Both the position numbers and the translations under genes were made by a program. Below, piece after piece: positions 39,129 to 53,160 of a stretch of DNA of 64,000 nucleotides. The DNA lies in assembly GCA_951406725.2 (NCBI GenBank), contig OX597823.1, forward strand, positions 18,972,001-19,036,000, written 5' to 3'. The stretch comes from Octopus vulgaris (Eukaryota). Every line of letters begins with the position of its first letter. Positions within the stretch are counted from its first letter, which is position 1. The notes below the pieces were generated by a model. It was not told where the DNA came from and did not search any database. It was given only the letters and a program-made list of their open reading frames with translations.

Positions 39129-41000
39129 GTGTTAACCGTATATCAGCAAAACACTTTTTTCCTCCATGGAAAAAAACAACAAAAGTCTTAGCAAAAACTT
39201 AGTCGTTGCTAGAAGGGGACTTAACTCCCGTTTGCAAACAATGGTGATTTCTCTAACTGGAAAATTGTTAAAAGTTTTGGTTGAAAATTTATTTTTACTG
39301 CTATTCACTGGTGCCTCTGGTAAAAAATAAGTTGACGAAAATACAGCTAGGATCATGACGAATGTCCTCCTAAAATTGGAGCGACATGCATGCTAATTTG
39401 AGGATGTGCATAAATTGCATTTACACACACACACACACACACATCCTGCCTTTTATATATACAGATATATTGTTTCCGATATAAATTAATATTACTAAGA
39501 GATATAACCGGTCCCTGGCACATTGGGGAAAAAAGCTGCCGGTACGCCATATCAGATAGTTTGAGAAGCAGTGATTTAGCTAACTCTTTCGTTAGGTACA
39601 GTATAACATTTCTGCGTGTCTAGCAACAGGAATATCTTACCTATGTAAGCAATGCTGTAGGATGGGTCTCACTTATAACCCATCCTACAGTGTCGATTAA
39701 TAATTTCTTGTATTGGCACAAGACATGAAATTTGGGTGGCGGAGAAGATAATTGAATACATTTACCCTAGTACTTGATCTGTAGTTTATTGCACCGACTT
39801 CAAAGGGATAATGAATGGCAAAGGGGACCTTAGCGAGATTTGAATTCATTACATAAACAGCCAGAAAGCTACAGTGAATGTTCACTGCTTAAATAGTTTC
39901 TGCCGCTGAACAGGAATCTTTACTACGGGAAATGCTGTTTCGGCTGTTAAATAAATGCGTGGTTACTAAGAAATATCACCAGATTATGACGTCTAGGTCC
40001 TGGAAAATTAGGAGGAAATTCATTACTGTGTTGTATTGTGTCATGGTCCACTAATCCCTTGGTGAAACATGCCTTAGCAATGACAAACGATCTTCAGGTA
40101 TAGGATTACAAGAACGAATATAAAGAACGGGTTTAAATTAGATTTTTTTTTTATTATAAAACATTCCAGTCATGACGGTAAGAGGCATTGAAATATTTAA
40201 GTGCAATACAACACGGATCAGATTTAATATGAACAATATGATTCATTGTTAAAATATTTTTGACAGTAAATTTTCTACTTTTACGTATATCCAGGAACGC
40301 ATGCGTTCACGCATATATATATATATATATATAACATAGTTTGCGAGTGTGTGTGTGTGTGTGTGTGTGTGTGCATGTGTGTGCGTGGGTTCCTTATGCA
40401 TTCGAAAACATAGTTGTCGATTCTGACGTATGGAGTATCAAAAGATTCAGTAATCTTTCGGCTACCAAATAAACTTTATTTTCATTTTCATATTTGCATT
40501 AGAAAAATGTAACATTATAATCTTTCTATAAGTCAACTACTGTAGACAACATCTTAGACCACCACCACCACCACCACAGCGTAACATTTTCTGTATGAGT
40601 GTGTATGTGTTTGTGAGAGTGTGTGTTTGCGTATTTGTTACGTACGTTAGGCCGATGACTGAGAAGTATATGTATGTGAGTGTATGTGAGGATGTATGTG
40701 TCTGTTAGTATACATACATACTTGTGATGACTGGCACACACACACGTGCGCATCTAAAGACAGAGAATGACACACAGAGGGAAAGAGATAGGCCTGAGGT
40801 GTGCGTGATTGTATGCCTGTGTGTGTCTGTCTTAGTATATGTATGTGAGTGTATGTGTGTGCGAGTGTATGTGTGATAATTTTTATACGTTAGGCCTCAG
40901 ACAATTAAACACACACACACACACATTTACACATACATATACATATGTGTATGAGTGTGTATGTGTCTGAGTGTTTGTGAGTGTTTCTGCTTTCGTTACA

Positions 41001-41939
41001 TCTATCGTAAACTATAGTAAAAGACATTTTACGCCGTTTTAATGAGCCCACATCTAACGAATCCCCATGAAAATCGTGATATTCTCATTCGTGCTCGAGA
41101 TAACAACCTTAAACGTGTTTCACAGACTCATCCCTCTTATGATGCACTCCAGTATCCTCTTATTTTGTGGAAATGACAATATGAGTATAATTCCAATATT
41201 CCACGGATTGAACCTGCAAAAGGAGAGCCAATTACAAACAAAAACGTGTCGTCAAATTACTTTTATTCTTACCAACTGATGTTAAGACCAGAACTACTTA
41301 ACAATCAAATCATTTACGCATGTATCGTGATCTGTTTCAATAATACCTGGTTGATATGTATGCCAAAGTTGAGAGTGAGCGTATCCTCTACACTCGTAAC
41401 AATAAAAAAAAGTTAAGAGCTAAACATTATCTTCATCTCCAAGATGCTTTCCATGTCCAAGAGGCAACAATCAAAACAGATAGTCACAAAGGAGAAAATG
41501 TCTTTATTCCAAAAATTCCTCTCATGCCTACATATGCTCCATTTGAATTTAAGACGCTTTAGTTTCCAGTTAGACTAAGTTTTGATATTTCTATTAAGAA
41601 ATCTCAGGGCCAATCCCTCAAGGTAGTTGGACTTGATCTCTCTCTCTACTACATGCTTCTCTCACGGCCAACTCTATGTTGCTTGATCGCGACTTGGAAG
41701 CAGCAACAATTTACTCATTTCAGCACCAACAAAATATTACACAATGAATATTGTTTACCCTGAGGTACTTCAACATCGACAGATTTTCAGTTTGAAATTC
41801 TATTATAATTACAATTTGGATATTTTTTAATAAAATATAGATATATTGAAATAATTATGAGAATATATCTTTATATTTATAAATTACTAATCTGAATAAG
41901 AACATCAGTAACCTGGGCAATGCTGGGTCATTCAATTAG
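41001..41939 (+). mobile_element. Internally deleted Helitron with Rep and Pif1-helicase remnants
   Basis: HPSYDALQYPL; YLVDMYAKVESERILY..KKLRA; VFIPKIPL...FPVRLSFDISIKKSQGQSLKVVGLDL..FSHGQLYVA..NIVYPEVL. 3' hairpin plus TTAG|T. Confidence 0.88.
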
Positions 41940-42237
41940 TATATATATATAATGAAGCCAAGTCAAATGATATTTTGAAAGAATTTAATGCGTACGTTTC
42001 GGATATTTGCGTAAGATATATCCCCTACACAAGACCTTCCTCAGTTAAGGCATTTCAAAATATAAAAAAAACTGCGATGACTCCTTTAATGCGGATACTC
42101 TGATAAGGATTCGGAATAGTATGTTACATTTGACTCGAGTCAAAAATTCTGGTATCGCGCTTCGCTTCCAACACGAACGCATACATACATACATACATAC
42201 ATACATACATACATACATACATACATACGTGTATACA

Positions 42238-42325
<88 letters not shown>

Positions 42326-42326
<1 letters not shown>

Positions 42327-42451
42327 AGGGTGATTCAAAAGTCACCATACATAAGAACAATTTATTTTTTTATAAGAAACAGTTTTTTTATTTAACTGTT
42401 TCTTATAAAAAATAAATATTTCCTATGTATGGTGACTTTCGTATCACCCTG
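42326..42451. mobile_element. Tc1/mariner-type palindromic MITE (126 bp)
   Basis: TA|CAGGGTGATTCAAAAGTCACCATACATA ... TATGTATGGTGACTTTCGTATCACCCTG. Confidence 0.85.
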
Positions 42452-42460
42452 CATATATAT

Positions 42461-42505
<45 letters not shown>

Positions 42506-42835
42506 CTTACCGAAAGCTGAACAGTTATTTCCCTTGCCCACAACAATAACAACAATAACGATAACCAATTACCACCCTTTTAATTTCCTACTTGGGACGT
42601 CATTCACTCGTAAATATTATCACACACAACATGAACAAAATTTCTTCTTAAGAAAATACATATTCGAATAAGTAAACCATAATATCATGAATAGCGAAAG
42701 CGAAACCGGTCGATATATTAAAAATTATATTAAAACTATGTAAAGTGTGTGTATTTTCCTTTTTTTTTAATTTCAAAATTTCTTATATATATTAAAACTC
42801 ACAACGTGGGGATAATCGAAATTCCTCCTTTCTGT

Positions 42836-43010
<175 letters not shown>

Positions 43011-43027
43011 TAGACAGATAGATAGAC

Positions 43028-43089
<62 letters not shown>

Positions 43090-43090
43090 G

Positions 43091-43226
43091 TTTCTTTATT
43101 GGCCACACAGGGCTGCACACAGATGGGACAAGTTACAAGGTAGAGCTTTTCTTTTGGGGGATGAAAAAAACAAAAAACAAAAGAAACAAAAAAAAAGGGG
43201 GGCGTAGGTTGTCGATCAAGAGGGAT
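43091..43226 (-). mobile_element. LINE-like 3' end (family G) followed by (TATC)n
   Basis: The minus strand reads ...AAAGAAAAGCTCTAC...TGTCCCATCTGTGTGCAGCCCTGTGTGGCCAATAAAGAAA and matches 55600-55680. Confidence 0.65.
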
Positions 43227-43399
43227 ACACACACACACACTCTAGCTAGTTTCGTGCCGTCAAAAATGACGGCTAATTGTACTGTTTTATATATATATAA
43301 CAAGGTACAAAACCAAGTTTTTAGTTTAATAATTCTATACCTTTGATATTGATTTATTTCATCATTTGAGACTGTAAAGTCAACTACCTGGCACTTTCT

Positions 43400-44160
43400 A
43401 TTCTCTTTATTTACTACTACTGAATCAGGCCTTCTGGGTTCTGTTACTCTATCAGTCTGAATGTTACAGTCCTACAGCATCTTATATTTCTTACTTTCTA
43501 GTACTTTACTCGGTTCATGTTCATACCATTTATCAGTATGGTTAAATTCTAGCTTTCTACATAACTCCCAGTGGATTACTCTCTCTAGGTGGTCATGTCC
43601 TTTCTTGAATTTCTTTTGTGCCAGCATGCTGCATTCCCTTACTATATGATTAGCACTTTCCTCTTTTGATTTACATAACCCACATTGGGAATCTACTTGG
43701 TTTTTGTCTCTCTTGGCTTTTATCCAATTAGTCCTTAATGCTTGATCTTGTGCAGCTACTAACAAACTTTCTGTCTCAACCTTCCTTTTTGCAACCATGA
43801 CTATGTATCATTACTATTTCCTACAACTATCTTTCGGAATCTACCATACAAAGCCTTCTGTTGTCAGTTAGATAATTTTTGTTCTTTTTTCTAGTTTTTT
43901 AACTTCAATTGGCTTTTTAGTTTCCTTATGTCCTGCTGTGACTCTAGAAGCTCTTAATAAACTTTCTTCACTATTACCTACATAGGATTCTATATCTACT
44001 TTCGTTAACTCCACGCAGTCTTCTACCGATATTAACCCTTTTCCACCTTCCTTTCTGGGTAAGCATAATCTTGCTACGCCTGCCTTTGAGTGGAATCTTT
44101 CATTTATAATGAATTCCTTCCTAGTTCTTCTGTCTAGCTTTACTAATTCAGATTTGGTCC
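43400..44160 (-). pseudogene. R4/Dong-clade non-LTR retrotransposon fragment (RT C-terminus and CCHC finger)
   Basis: LDRRTRK...RLCLPRKEGGKGLISVED; ETESLLVAAQDQALRT...CGLCKSKEESANHIVREC...HDH...IHWELC...KWYEHEP. Abuts (TAA)n. Confidence 0.85.
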
Positions 44161-44168
44161 TATTATTA

Positions 44169-44223
<55 letters not shown>

Positions 44224-44657
44224 GCATGAGTTTTGTAACTCTCTCTTGTATATAACGCTTTGTGTTTTATGTGATCGCTAAGAAATCATCATCGTCATCG
44301 TCATCATCACCATGATTAATGCATTTACCAGTAATACAAGTTTAATAAAATAGTTTAAATATGATTGCCATGGTTCAGCCCCAAAATAATTACATCGTTG
44401 TAAGATTTTATTGCTTTCACCTCCCCTTCCTGCAACACAACAGAGAAAGAGAAAGAGGTGAAGTAGAGAGGAGAGAGGGTGAGGGTGGAAGTAGGTTCTT
44501 TCTAATTGCCACATTACGCAAAGTATATAGCTTGGACAGAAAGAGAAAAGATTTTTTTTTTCAATTCTCCTCACGAAATTTAAGAATAAAAAATACATAC
44601 ATGAATGGACACTGCTTATGTGCAGAATAGAATTCAGTACTCGTGTGTTTTACTCTC

Positions 44658-44736
<79 letters not shown>

Positions 44737-44780
44737 TACGCATGCAGACACACACATATCTATATCTATCTATCTATCTA

Positions 44781-44884
<104 letters not shown>

Positions 44885-44920
44885 CATATATATGTGTGTG
44901 TGTGCATACATATATATATT

Positions 44921-45180
44921 ATTATGGCTGCCCCCTCGTTATCGAGTATGGACATTGCACGAAGCTTAACTGTTACTGGTGCTGTGATCGAATGTGACTT
45001 TTTAGCCCAGCTAAAGATCTACAATGTCTTGTACAAAATTGGCAACTAAAACCTTTACCGGTAATAGCCGGCTGTAGTTGTAACTGGGCTTCATGTACCT
45101 TTGCATGTCGTTTAAGTCCTCCTGCCGAATTACACTCTCTTCCACATGCCCGACAGATATGATTAGTATGGTGTGTAACC
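44921..45180 (-). mobile_element. RTE-like LINE 3' end with C-terminal C2H2-like fingers
   Basis: CRACGRECNSAGGLKRH...[20 protein letters not shown], then a short tail CTCGATAACGAGGGGGCAGCCAT. Confidence 0.65.
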
Positions 45181-45303
45181 ATATATATATATATATATAT
45201 ATGTCATGCCTGACAAATATATTTAGTATGGTGTGTAACCATATATATATATACATATATACATATGTATGTGTGTGCACATACACACACACATATATAT
45301 ATA

Positions 45304-46360
45304 TATGACGTCTGATTAATAAGTTTTCTAGAGTAAAGCCGCTTGGCAAAGATTGGACTTGAACTCTGCTGTGCATGCGTACTAAGTTTTAACGATCTAC
45401 CTCACTTCCGCCATTTACAACAGTTCTTGGAAGGAAGATGTGTAGCGTGTGGTCGTCGCATTGACCATGCACAAAAAGTTGTCATGGCGATACCCGCTTA
45501 GAGGTGTACGCAAAGTTGCAGAAAGTGTATGGAGAGGAGTGTATGCGCTGCATACGAGTGATTCAGACGTTTCCATGATGGCCTTAAAAATCTCGATATT
45601 GACAAACGTTCTGGGAAACTCGCAACCAGCAGAACTGAGAAAAATATTGCAGAGGTGCGTGCAGCTGTGAGTTGCAAAAAGGAAGGCTGAGAAGAGAGAC
45701 AGAAAGTTTGTTAGTAGCTGCACAAGATCAAGCATTAAGGACCAATTGGATAAAAGCCAAGATAGACAAAATCCAAGTAGATTCCCAATGTAGGTTATGC
45801 AAATCAAAAGAGGAAAGTGCTAGTCATATAGTAAGTGACTGTAGCATGCTGGTACAAAAGGAATTCACCTAGAGAGAGTAATGAATCTAGTAAAGTACTA
45901 CAGAGGATGTGCAGATTAGTTATGGTTCAGTTCAGTTCATTATCAATGAAGATTTGTGTATGAGATGCGTGTCTGCTAAATTTGTGCCAAAGCTGCTTTC
46001 AACTGACCAAAAAGACAGTCGGGTTTCAGTTGCCCAAAATCTCCTTGATTGTGTCGGGAAACGATTAAAACTTTTTGAAAACTTTGCCTAGGCCTCTGAG
46101 CAGGTATCATCAAGCTTCTGACAAAATTTGATGCAGATTCTCTGCTCAACTTTCTCTGTCATGATCAATGCGACGATCACAAACTACACACCTTCCTTCC
46201 AAGCACTGCTGTAAACAGCAGAAGTGAATTAGAACGTTAAAACTTAGTGCGTATGCACGACAGAATTCAAGGTCAATCTGTGCCAAGCAGCTTTATTCTG
46301 CGTGCTTTAGCTTCGTTACTATGGCAACAAAGTCCGGATACTTATTGATCAGATCACGTA
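45304..46360. mobile_element. Mariner-derived element with long (~170 bp) inverted arms and a transposase N-terminal fragment
   Basis: 45307-45470 is inverted relative to ~46160-46358. 45909-46091 reads ISYGSVQFII.EDL.MR.VSAKFVPKLL. Confidence 0.7.
45670..45872 (+). pseudogene. R4/Dong fragment captured inside the mariner derivative
   Basis: RETESLLVAAQDQALRTNWIKAKIDK...CRLCKSKEESASHIVSDC is nearly identical to 43610-43795 in the opposite orientation. Confidence 0.85.
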
Positions 46361-46789
46361 CATACATGCATAAATGCATACAAACATTAAATGTGGGGGG
46401 GACGGAGTTAAAGAGATAGATAGATAGAGAGATGTCTAAAAAGTTATAGGTCACAAAGAGAAACAAAAAAGGCACTTGCATATCAGGTAATGGAGTTGTT
46501 ATGTTATTTATGCAATATTATAAATATAGCCTCAAAACAGCCAATTCATGTTACCGAACGGTTTTGTGTTGAAGAATTTTCCAAATGCGAAAAGGTAAAA
46601 TAAGAGTCGCCTAAAATAGCTTGAGGTATTTTTTACAAGAGACCTGAAAACACCACATCCGGTTTTAGAGTTTCAAATGTTGTAAAAAAAAGGTTGCAGA
46701 AGGAAACTCGGGTATGAAAAGGTACACAAAAATAAGGGTGGTTCTTAAGCCTAATAGCTTTATGCTCTTTAGATTAGTTCTCTTTTTTT

Positions 46790-47318
<529 letters not shown>

Positions 47319-47609
47319 TAATAGTCATCTTAAATATCAGTATCCAAGTGGCAACTGTCAGCATCGATTTTAGTAAATGTGATTGTAATGAAGAGGAAGG
47401 TGGAGTTAAAAGTGAGTGGGAAGGGAGAAAGAGAGATGAAAATGGGGGAGAAGGGGTTTTTAAATAGCATTAGTAGGTGAGCGTATGTTTGGGCCATATA
47501 CTCAATAGGCTCCGGAAGAATTTAATTTGTGCCTTTTATTCTTTTGTGGTTCAAAGTTGCAACAGAAACTACCTTGAAAGTAGGAGAGTATTGTAGTTCG
47601 CTTGTATTA

Positions 47610-48010
47610 CTCTTTACTCTTTACTCTTTTACTTGTTTCAGTCATTTGACTGCGGCCATGCTGGAGCACCGCCTTTAGTCGAGCAAATCGACCCCGGGAC
47701 TTATTCTTTGTAAGACCCGTACTTATTCTATCGGTCTCTTTTTTGCCGAACCGCTAAGTAACGGGGACGTAAACACACCAGCATCGGTTGTCAAGCAATG
47801 TTAGGGGGACAAACACAGACACACACATATATATATATACATATATACGACAGGCTTCTTTCAGTTTCCGTCTACCAAATCCACTCACAAGGCATTGGTC
47901 GGCCCGGGGCTATAGCAGAAGACACTTGCCCAAGATGCCACGCAGTGGGACTGAATCCGGAACCATGTGGTTGGTTAGCAAGCTACTTACCACACATCAC
48001 TCCTGCGCCT
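47610..48010 (-). mobile_element. SINE A
   Basis: Full length, with short internal microsatellite and (TACTCTT)n tail repeats. Confidence 0.9.
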
Positions 48011-48283
48011 ATTTTGTTTGTAAAGAATAACTATAAGACCTGTTGTTATTTAATCATCCACAGTCTGATATGATATTTCGGAATAAAAATTCCTTCTTCA
48101 GGTATCAGAATCGATGGAGTCGCTGCTATAATCAGTTTTCAAAAAAAAAATGAAGGAGTTTTTATTCGGATATATCGTATCAGACAATGGATGATTAAAT
48201 TGCAACAGTTCTTAAAGTCCATTGTTTATATTACAGTACATTGTTGTGTCGTTCAAAACGTTTTATTCTTTACCTTGAAAGTA

Positions 48284-49573
48284 TAAGGTCGTCAAGTAGG
48301 AAATTTGTAGAAAAGAAAAATAGTTTGCTAATCTTTTATAAATACAAGAAATAGTTTTATTCATCAAAGTATGCACCCATATTGTCAATACACTTTTGCC
48401 ATTTCAGCGGTAGCTTGTTCAGCCCGGAACTGTAAATGCTTGGGAATCTAGAGTCAATAAAATCTTGGAAGGCTTGTTTTACAACATCGTCGAAATTAAT
48501 TTTTTTCCAATCAAAAAGTTATCCAAATTCTGGAAGAAGTATTAGTCAGTGGAGGCAAGATCAGGTGAGTACGGTGGATGATGGAGAAGTTCCAACTCCA
48601 ACTCCAACTCCAGTAGTTTCGCCAAAATCATTTTTACGATATGATATCTGGCATTGTCTTGCAATAAAATAGGAGTGGATCTGTTGACTAATCTAGGCTG
48701 GGTTTTTTTGTAATTTCTGCATCATTTGGTCCACTTGACTGTAGTATACTTCGGTCGTAATTGATGAGCCAGGTTTAATGAAATCATAATGGATCACACC
48801 TGCGCCAGACCACCAAACACACACCATCAGCTTCTTTTGATGAATTTTGCTTTTGGGATTGTGTTTTGGTGGCTCGTCTTTGTCCAACCATTGTGCTGAA
48901 CGTTTGCAGTTGTTATATTGGATCCATTTCTCATCACATGTTACAATTCGATTCAAAAATGATTCATTTTTGTGACGAGAAAGTAGCATAATGCAGGCTT
49001 CCAAACGTTGCTGTTTCTGATTTTCATTGCATTCATGTGGAACCCACTTATCCAACTGTTTCACTTTACCGATTTGAACTAGGTGAGTCAATATGGTTTG
49101 CTTGCTAACACCAAATAATAACGATAATTCACGGGCACTTTGACATGGATCTGACTCGACAGTGGCTTTCAATTCGTCATTATCCACCTTTGTTTCTGGT
49201 CGACCGCGTTGCTCATTTGTGAGGTCAAAGTTACCAGAACAAAATTTTGCAAACCAATTTGACACTGTCTTCTGTGTAATAACATTAAAATGAAATACTC
49301 CATTAATGTTCCGAGCTGTCTGTGATGCTGTATTTCCAAGAAAGAACTCATAGTTCAACTGAATGAATTTCTGACTTATCCATCTCTAAACAAAAATAGT
49401 AAAAATCAATTTATAAATACCTTATAAAGCGCAAAATGAGTTAGAATAAGGGAATAGATGTGTCAGCTTTCTAGCAAGAAATAAGAATTGTCAAAATATC
49501 TATAATAGCGAAAATGAGCAGCTGTCAAAGTTTACCATATACCTTACTACAAATTTCATATTTGACGACCTAA
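48284..49573 (-). mobile_element. Full-length mariner transposon (~1290 bp)
   Basis: TIRs TAAGGTCGTCAAGTAGGAAATTTGTAG and CTACAAATTTCATATTTGACGACCTAA, with TA on both sides. Confidence 0.92.
48358..49383 (-). pseudogene. Mariner DD34D-type transposase pseudogene
   Basis: GRP, WVPHE, TCDEKW, QDNARYH and HPPYSPDLASTD motifs. Frameshifts, an in-frame stop and a GGAGTT expansion disrupt it. Confidence 0.92.
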
Positions 49574-49589
49574 TAATTAATTTCCTGAT

Positions 49590-49950
49590 TGTAACGCTGG
49601 ACCTAGACACAAATTCATATATACCTTTCCGAAAAACGAAACGAGAGATTGATATTTTTTAACACACCTCCTACTTCCGATAAGGAGATCTTCGACGCTG
49701 CAGTCTCGTACGATAACGAGGCCTTGGCTTCTTGTGGTATCAAAAATAGCATTAGCTATACGCCCGACCCTAATTCTATTAAGAAAAAGTACCATAGTAA
49801 GGTTATGATACACACACCTAATTTCCCTTAATGTTAAAACTTGCGTGGTTAGGATCGTTCTCAAAATAGAAGATAAGTATATTCCACAGAAACATAGGTA
49901 CAAGGAGATTTTTAATAAACATGCTTTAGTTGTATATCTGACATAAAGGA
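49590..49950 (+). pseudogene. Penelope-like RT thumb/linker remnant
   Basis: LDLDTNSYIPFRK; SDKEIFDAAVSYDNEALASCG; NVKTCVVRIVLKIEDKYIPQKHRYKEIFNK resemble the PLE region SS.EIF..A...Y.EAL..SG...NV.T.....L.LIDKHFP...L.KIFNR. Confidence 0.6.
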
Positions 49951-50049
49951 AATTTTATTGAGCATATCTAAATCAAACAGAAAGGCAGGTTGTTAGTATA
50001 GAGATTATGCCACATGGCTTCTAACCGATCAATGTAACACATAGGCCGT

Positions 50050-50462
50050 TTTGTGAAGCAAGGGTAGTATCAAAAAACCCCGGTGGGGTGACCCATGTAC
50101 AAAGATATGCGGAGCCAGCAGAAAGCTCCTTAGAGATCGGACTCAACAATCTTAGGTCCTTTTTTAAATTCATGACGACGGAGTGCTCCTATAAACTTCA
50201 TTCAACATCCTTAAACAATCCTTATTCAGGAACCTTTTGAGCGGGATGGGCTACTCGACCAGAAGAAAGTTCTAACTGGGCCCCACCTTCAAGGTCATGT
50301 GCTGTTTATCTTGATATACGATCACCTTGTCGCGCATATATGGTTGTGATGCATGTACCTGGTGTATCCTTATCAGACGGGTAGCCATGATGGGTATACT
50401 GGGCTTCGTATATTTTACCCCAGTGTCACTTTGATGGTATTCACTGCTCTCTCACTCAATAA
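50050..50462 (+). mobile_element. Dispersed repeat family F, longer copy ending in (TAA)n
   Basis: The 3' 190 bp match 24253-24445. Confidence 0.65.
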
Positions 50463-50470
50463 TAATAATC

Positions 50471-50525
<55 letters not shown>

Positions 50526-50890
50526 GACCTGCTCATTGAAATTGAGAAAATGTGGCATCTCAAGGCTGTTACAATACCAGTGATCGTAGGAGCACTAGGA
50601 ATGATCAAGAAGGGAACCGAAAATTATATGAGAATGATCCCTGGCTTACCATCCCTGCAAGAAGTGCAAAAGATTGTCTTAACTGGTACATCACACGTAT
50701 TGAGAAGAGCATTGTCGATGTGAGAACTATTACTACCCATGTATTTTAATTTAACTTTAAAAAAAAATGAACGAACTATTGAGTTTAGTTTAATGGCCTA
50801 CCAATGTATATACTATGAGTTTCTTTGCCCTAGGAGTCGGGAAGACACCCGGCAAGAAATTGAAGCAAATTTGAAAGAAGAAAAAAAAAT
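50526..50890 (+). mobile_element. 5'-truncated R4/Dong element (RLE C-terminus and 3' UTR) inserted in (TAA)n
   Basis: DLLIEIEKMWHLKAVTIPVIVGALGMIKKG...LQEVQKIVLTGTSHVLRRALSM*; TAA repeats on both sides. Confidence 0.85.
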
Positions 50891-50904
50891 AATAATAATA
50901 ATAA

Positions 50905-51067
50905 TTCTTTTCTACTTTAGGCACACGGCCCAAAATCTTTGGGGAGGAGACCAGTCGATTAGATCGACCCCAGCTGATACTTAATTTATCGACCCCTGAA
51001 AAGACGAAAGGCGAAGTCGACTTCGGCGGAATTTGAACTCAGAACGTAAAGACAGACGAAATATCGC

Positions 51068-51070
<3 letters not shown>
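50905..51070 (-). mobile_element. SINE B2, 5'-truncated
   Basis: TTCTTTTCTACTTTAGGCAC...GTCGACTTCGGCGGAATTTGAACTCAGAACGT. Confidence 0.8.
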
Positions 51071-51116
<46 letters not shown>

Positions 51117-51316
51117 CCTTTCTACTAAAGCCACAAGGCCTGTAATTTTGTACCATCATTTCGATTCCCTTAAATTCCTGGAGTTTGTTCCGGGTCGTTC
51201 GTGTGGTGTTTGAAGTGTTGTGCAATAATAAAAAAAGACTCACGATAGGTTGAACTGACGGAAAAGAGACAGAGAGAGATAGAAGGGGTCAGAAACACTG
51301 ACAACAAAGACAGCTG

Positions 51317-51749
51317 GGATCTTTTCGGTTTGAACGGCAGTTTTTTCTAGCGGTGTCATATGAAATTGTCACCCATAATTATGACCCTAGTATCGGTCTA
51401 TTGCATTTCAATCTGTTTTAGGGTTAGGGTTAGTTTGGGTTAGGGTTAGGGGTGGGGGGAAGGGTATCTTTTTTTCTTCACAAATGTAAATAAACCCAAT
51501 CTGTTTCTTAAACGAGGGACATATTCATACGGCACAGAATATTTTTTACCTCAATAGATGTCAGTAATTGGTTGAAATTGCAGAAAATGAAGAAAAAGAA
51601 CAACAAATATCTTACAAACTATAGAATTTCCTCAATAAAGCCAAGAGAAAAAGATGTTTTATAAACACATTCTACCAGTATACGAAGTTTAAAATTTTTT
51701 AGTTACCTAGAAATTATGTTAAAAACTGCCGTTCAAACCGAAAAGATCC
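51317..51749. mobile_element. MITE with GG-start TIRs, 8-bp TSD and internal (TTAGGG)n; Merlin-like
   Basis: TIR GGATCTTTTCGGTTTGAACGGCAGTTTTT; TSD GACAGCTG at 51309 and 51750. Confidence 0.9.
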
Positions 51750-52361
51750 GACAGCTGTAGTAGTAGTGGTGAGGTAGTATAACAACAACAACAACAACAG
51801 CGGTAACGCTAATACAACACATTGCTCCAGTCTTCTGTCACTAATCCTTTCATTTTATTATTGCTATGTAAAAGACATTATCAAATCATCCGTGGCAATG
51901 CACTCACTCAAAGACATCCAGAGTGAAGGACGGTGTCTGGTTGAATGTACGCAGATACGAATGTTTTTGAAAGGAACAAAATAATAAATAAACATTTTCA
52001 ATCGCACTTCAATAACTCAGATAGCCTTTTCGTGGTCACTGGACCTAATGAAACGATGACTCCTAACTTATGTAGCTCAGCGCCCCGCTTTCACCGAATG
52101 AGATTTTACAAACGTGTTCTATTCATGTTTACAAAAAAGGGGTAAAAAAAAACAAACAAACACACACACACACACAGAATATTTCTATCAATCAGGAGAT
52201 AATTTTGCGCGATGGAGGAAGGTTAACTTTGTAAGAGAAAACCTCCTTTGAATTCGAATCTAGAAGCTTGAAAATCAAAATCGCTGGCGAATAATATGAA
52301 TATATCTGTTAATGGTGACCAGACTTAATTATGGCTATATACCATAAATCTTTTATTCGTA

Positions 52362-52820
52362 AAGGCGCGTGGCTCTGTGGTTAGGGTACTCGACTGACGA
52401 TCGTAAATATCGTGAGTTCGATACAAGGCGACGCGTTGTGTCCTTGAGCAAGACATCTTATTTCACGTTGCTCCAGTCCACTCAGCTGGCAAAAATGAGT
52501 TTTTACCTGTATGTCAAACGGCCAGCCTTGACGTATTCTGTGTCACGCTGAATCTCCCTGAGAACTACGTTAAGAGTACACGTGTCTGTGAAGTGCTCAG
52601 CCATTTGCACGTAAATTTCATGAGCAGGGTGTTCCATTGATCTCAGAACGTAAAGACAGACGAAATATCGCTAATAATAATAATAATAATAATGATAATA
52701 ATAATAATAATCCTTTCTACTAAAGCCACAAGGCCTGTAATTTTGTACTATCATTTTGATTCCCTTAAATTCCTGGAGTTTGTTCTGGAACCTTAAACGT
52801 CGTAAATGACAGAGAGCCAG
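52362..52820 (+). mobile_element. SINE D head with tail Y, interrupted by a ~145-bp local copy
   Basis: The tail breaks after TTCCATTGAT and resumes at TGGAACC (~52786). Confidence 0.8.
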
Positions 52821-53160
52821 GTATTATACTGACATTCTTCCAGCCGATCATCATTGACGCCAGTTTTGGATAAGTGTTGCCAGACAAAAAGAAAAATGAA
52901 ATTTTCTCATTGAATATTCAAAATCTCTCAAGTTTAATAACTCAGTTTCTGTATTCTAACACAACATCCATGTTAAGCTGGACATAAAGATTACTTTTTG
53001 GTATTAAAACTACTTCCGTCGCCAATAATTCATTTTAAAATTTATATTAACATATTTAATGCAGTGAGCGCCAAAACTTAATTGGAATTAATTATGCTGT
53101 GGGGAAAAGACAACATTAACTCAAACGACTTAACAACAGTCAACCGTCACTCGCCATACT

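Noticed and set aside
44973-45182. Host C2H2 zinc-finger gene exon
   Set aside because: There are no TGEKP linkers. It is followed immediately by an RTE-like tail and preceded by TA repeats, so a LINE ORF end explains it better.
48693-49358. Functional or domesticated mariner transposase (SETMAR-like)
   Set aside because: It has frameshifts and a stop near the third catalytic Asp, both TIRs are retained, and there is no SET domain.
51418-51458. Telomere or chromosome-fusion site
   Set aside because: The tract is short and lies at the same position inside two MITE copies.
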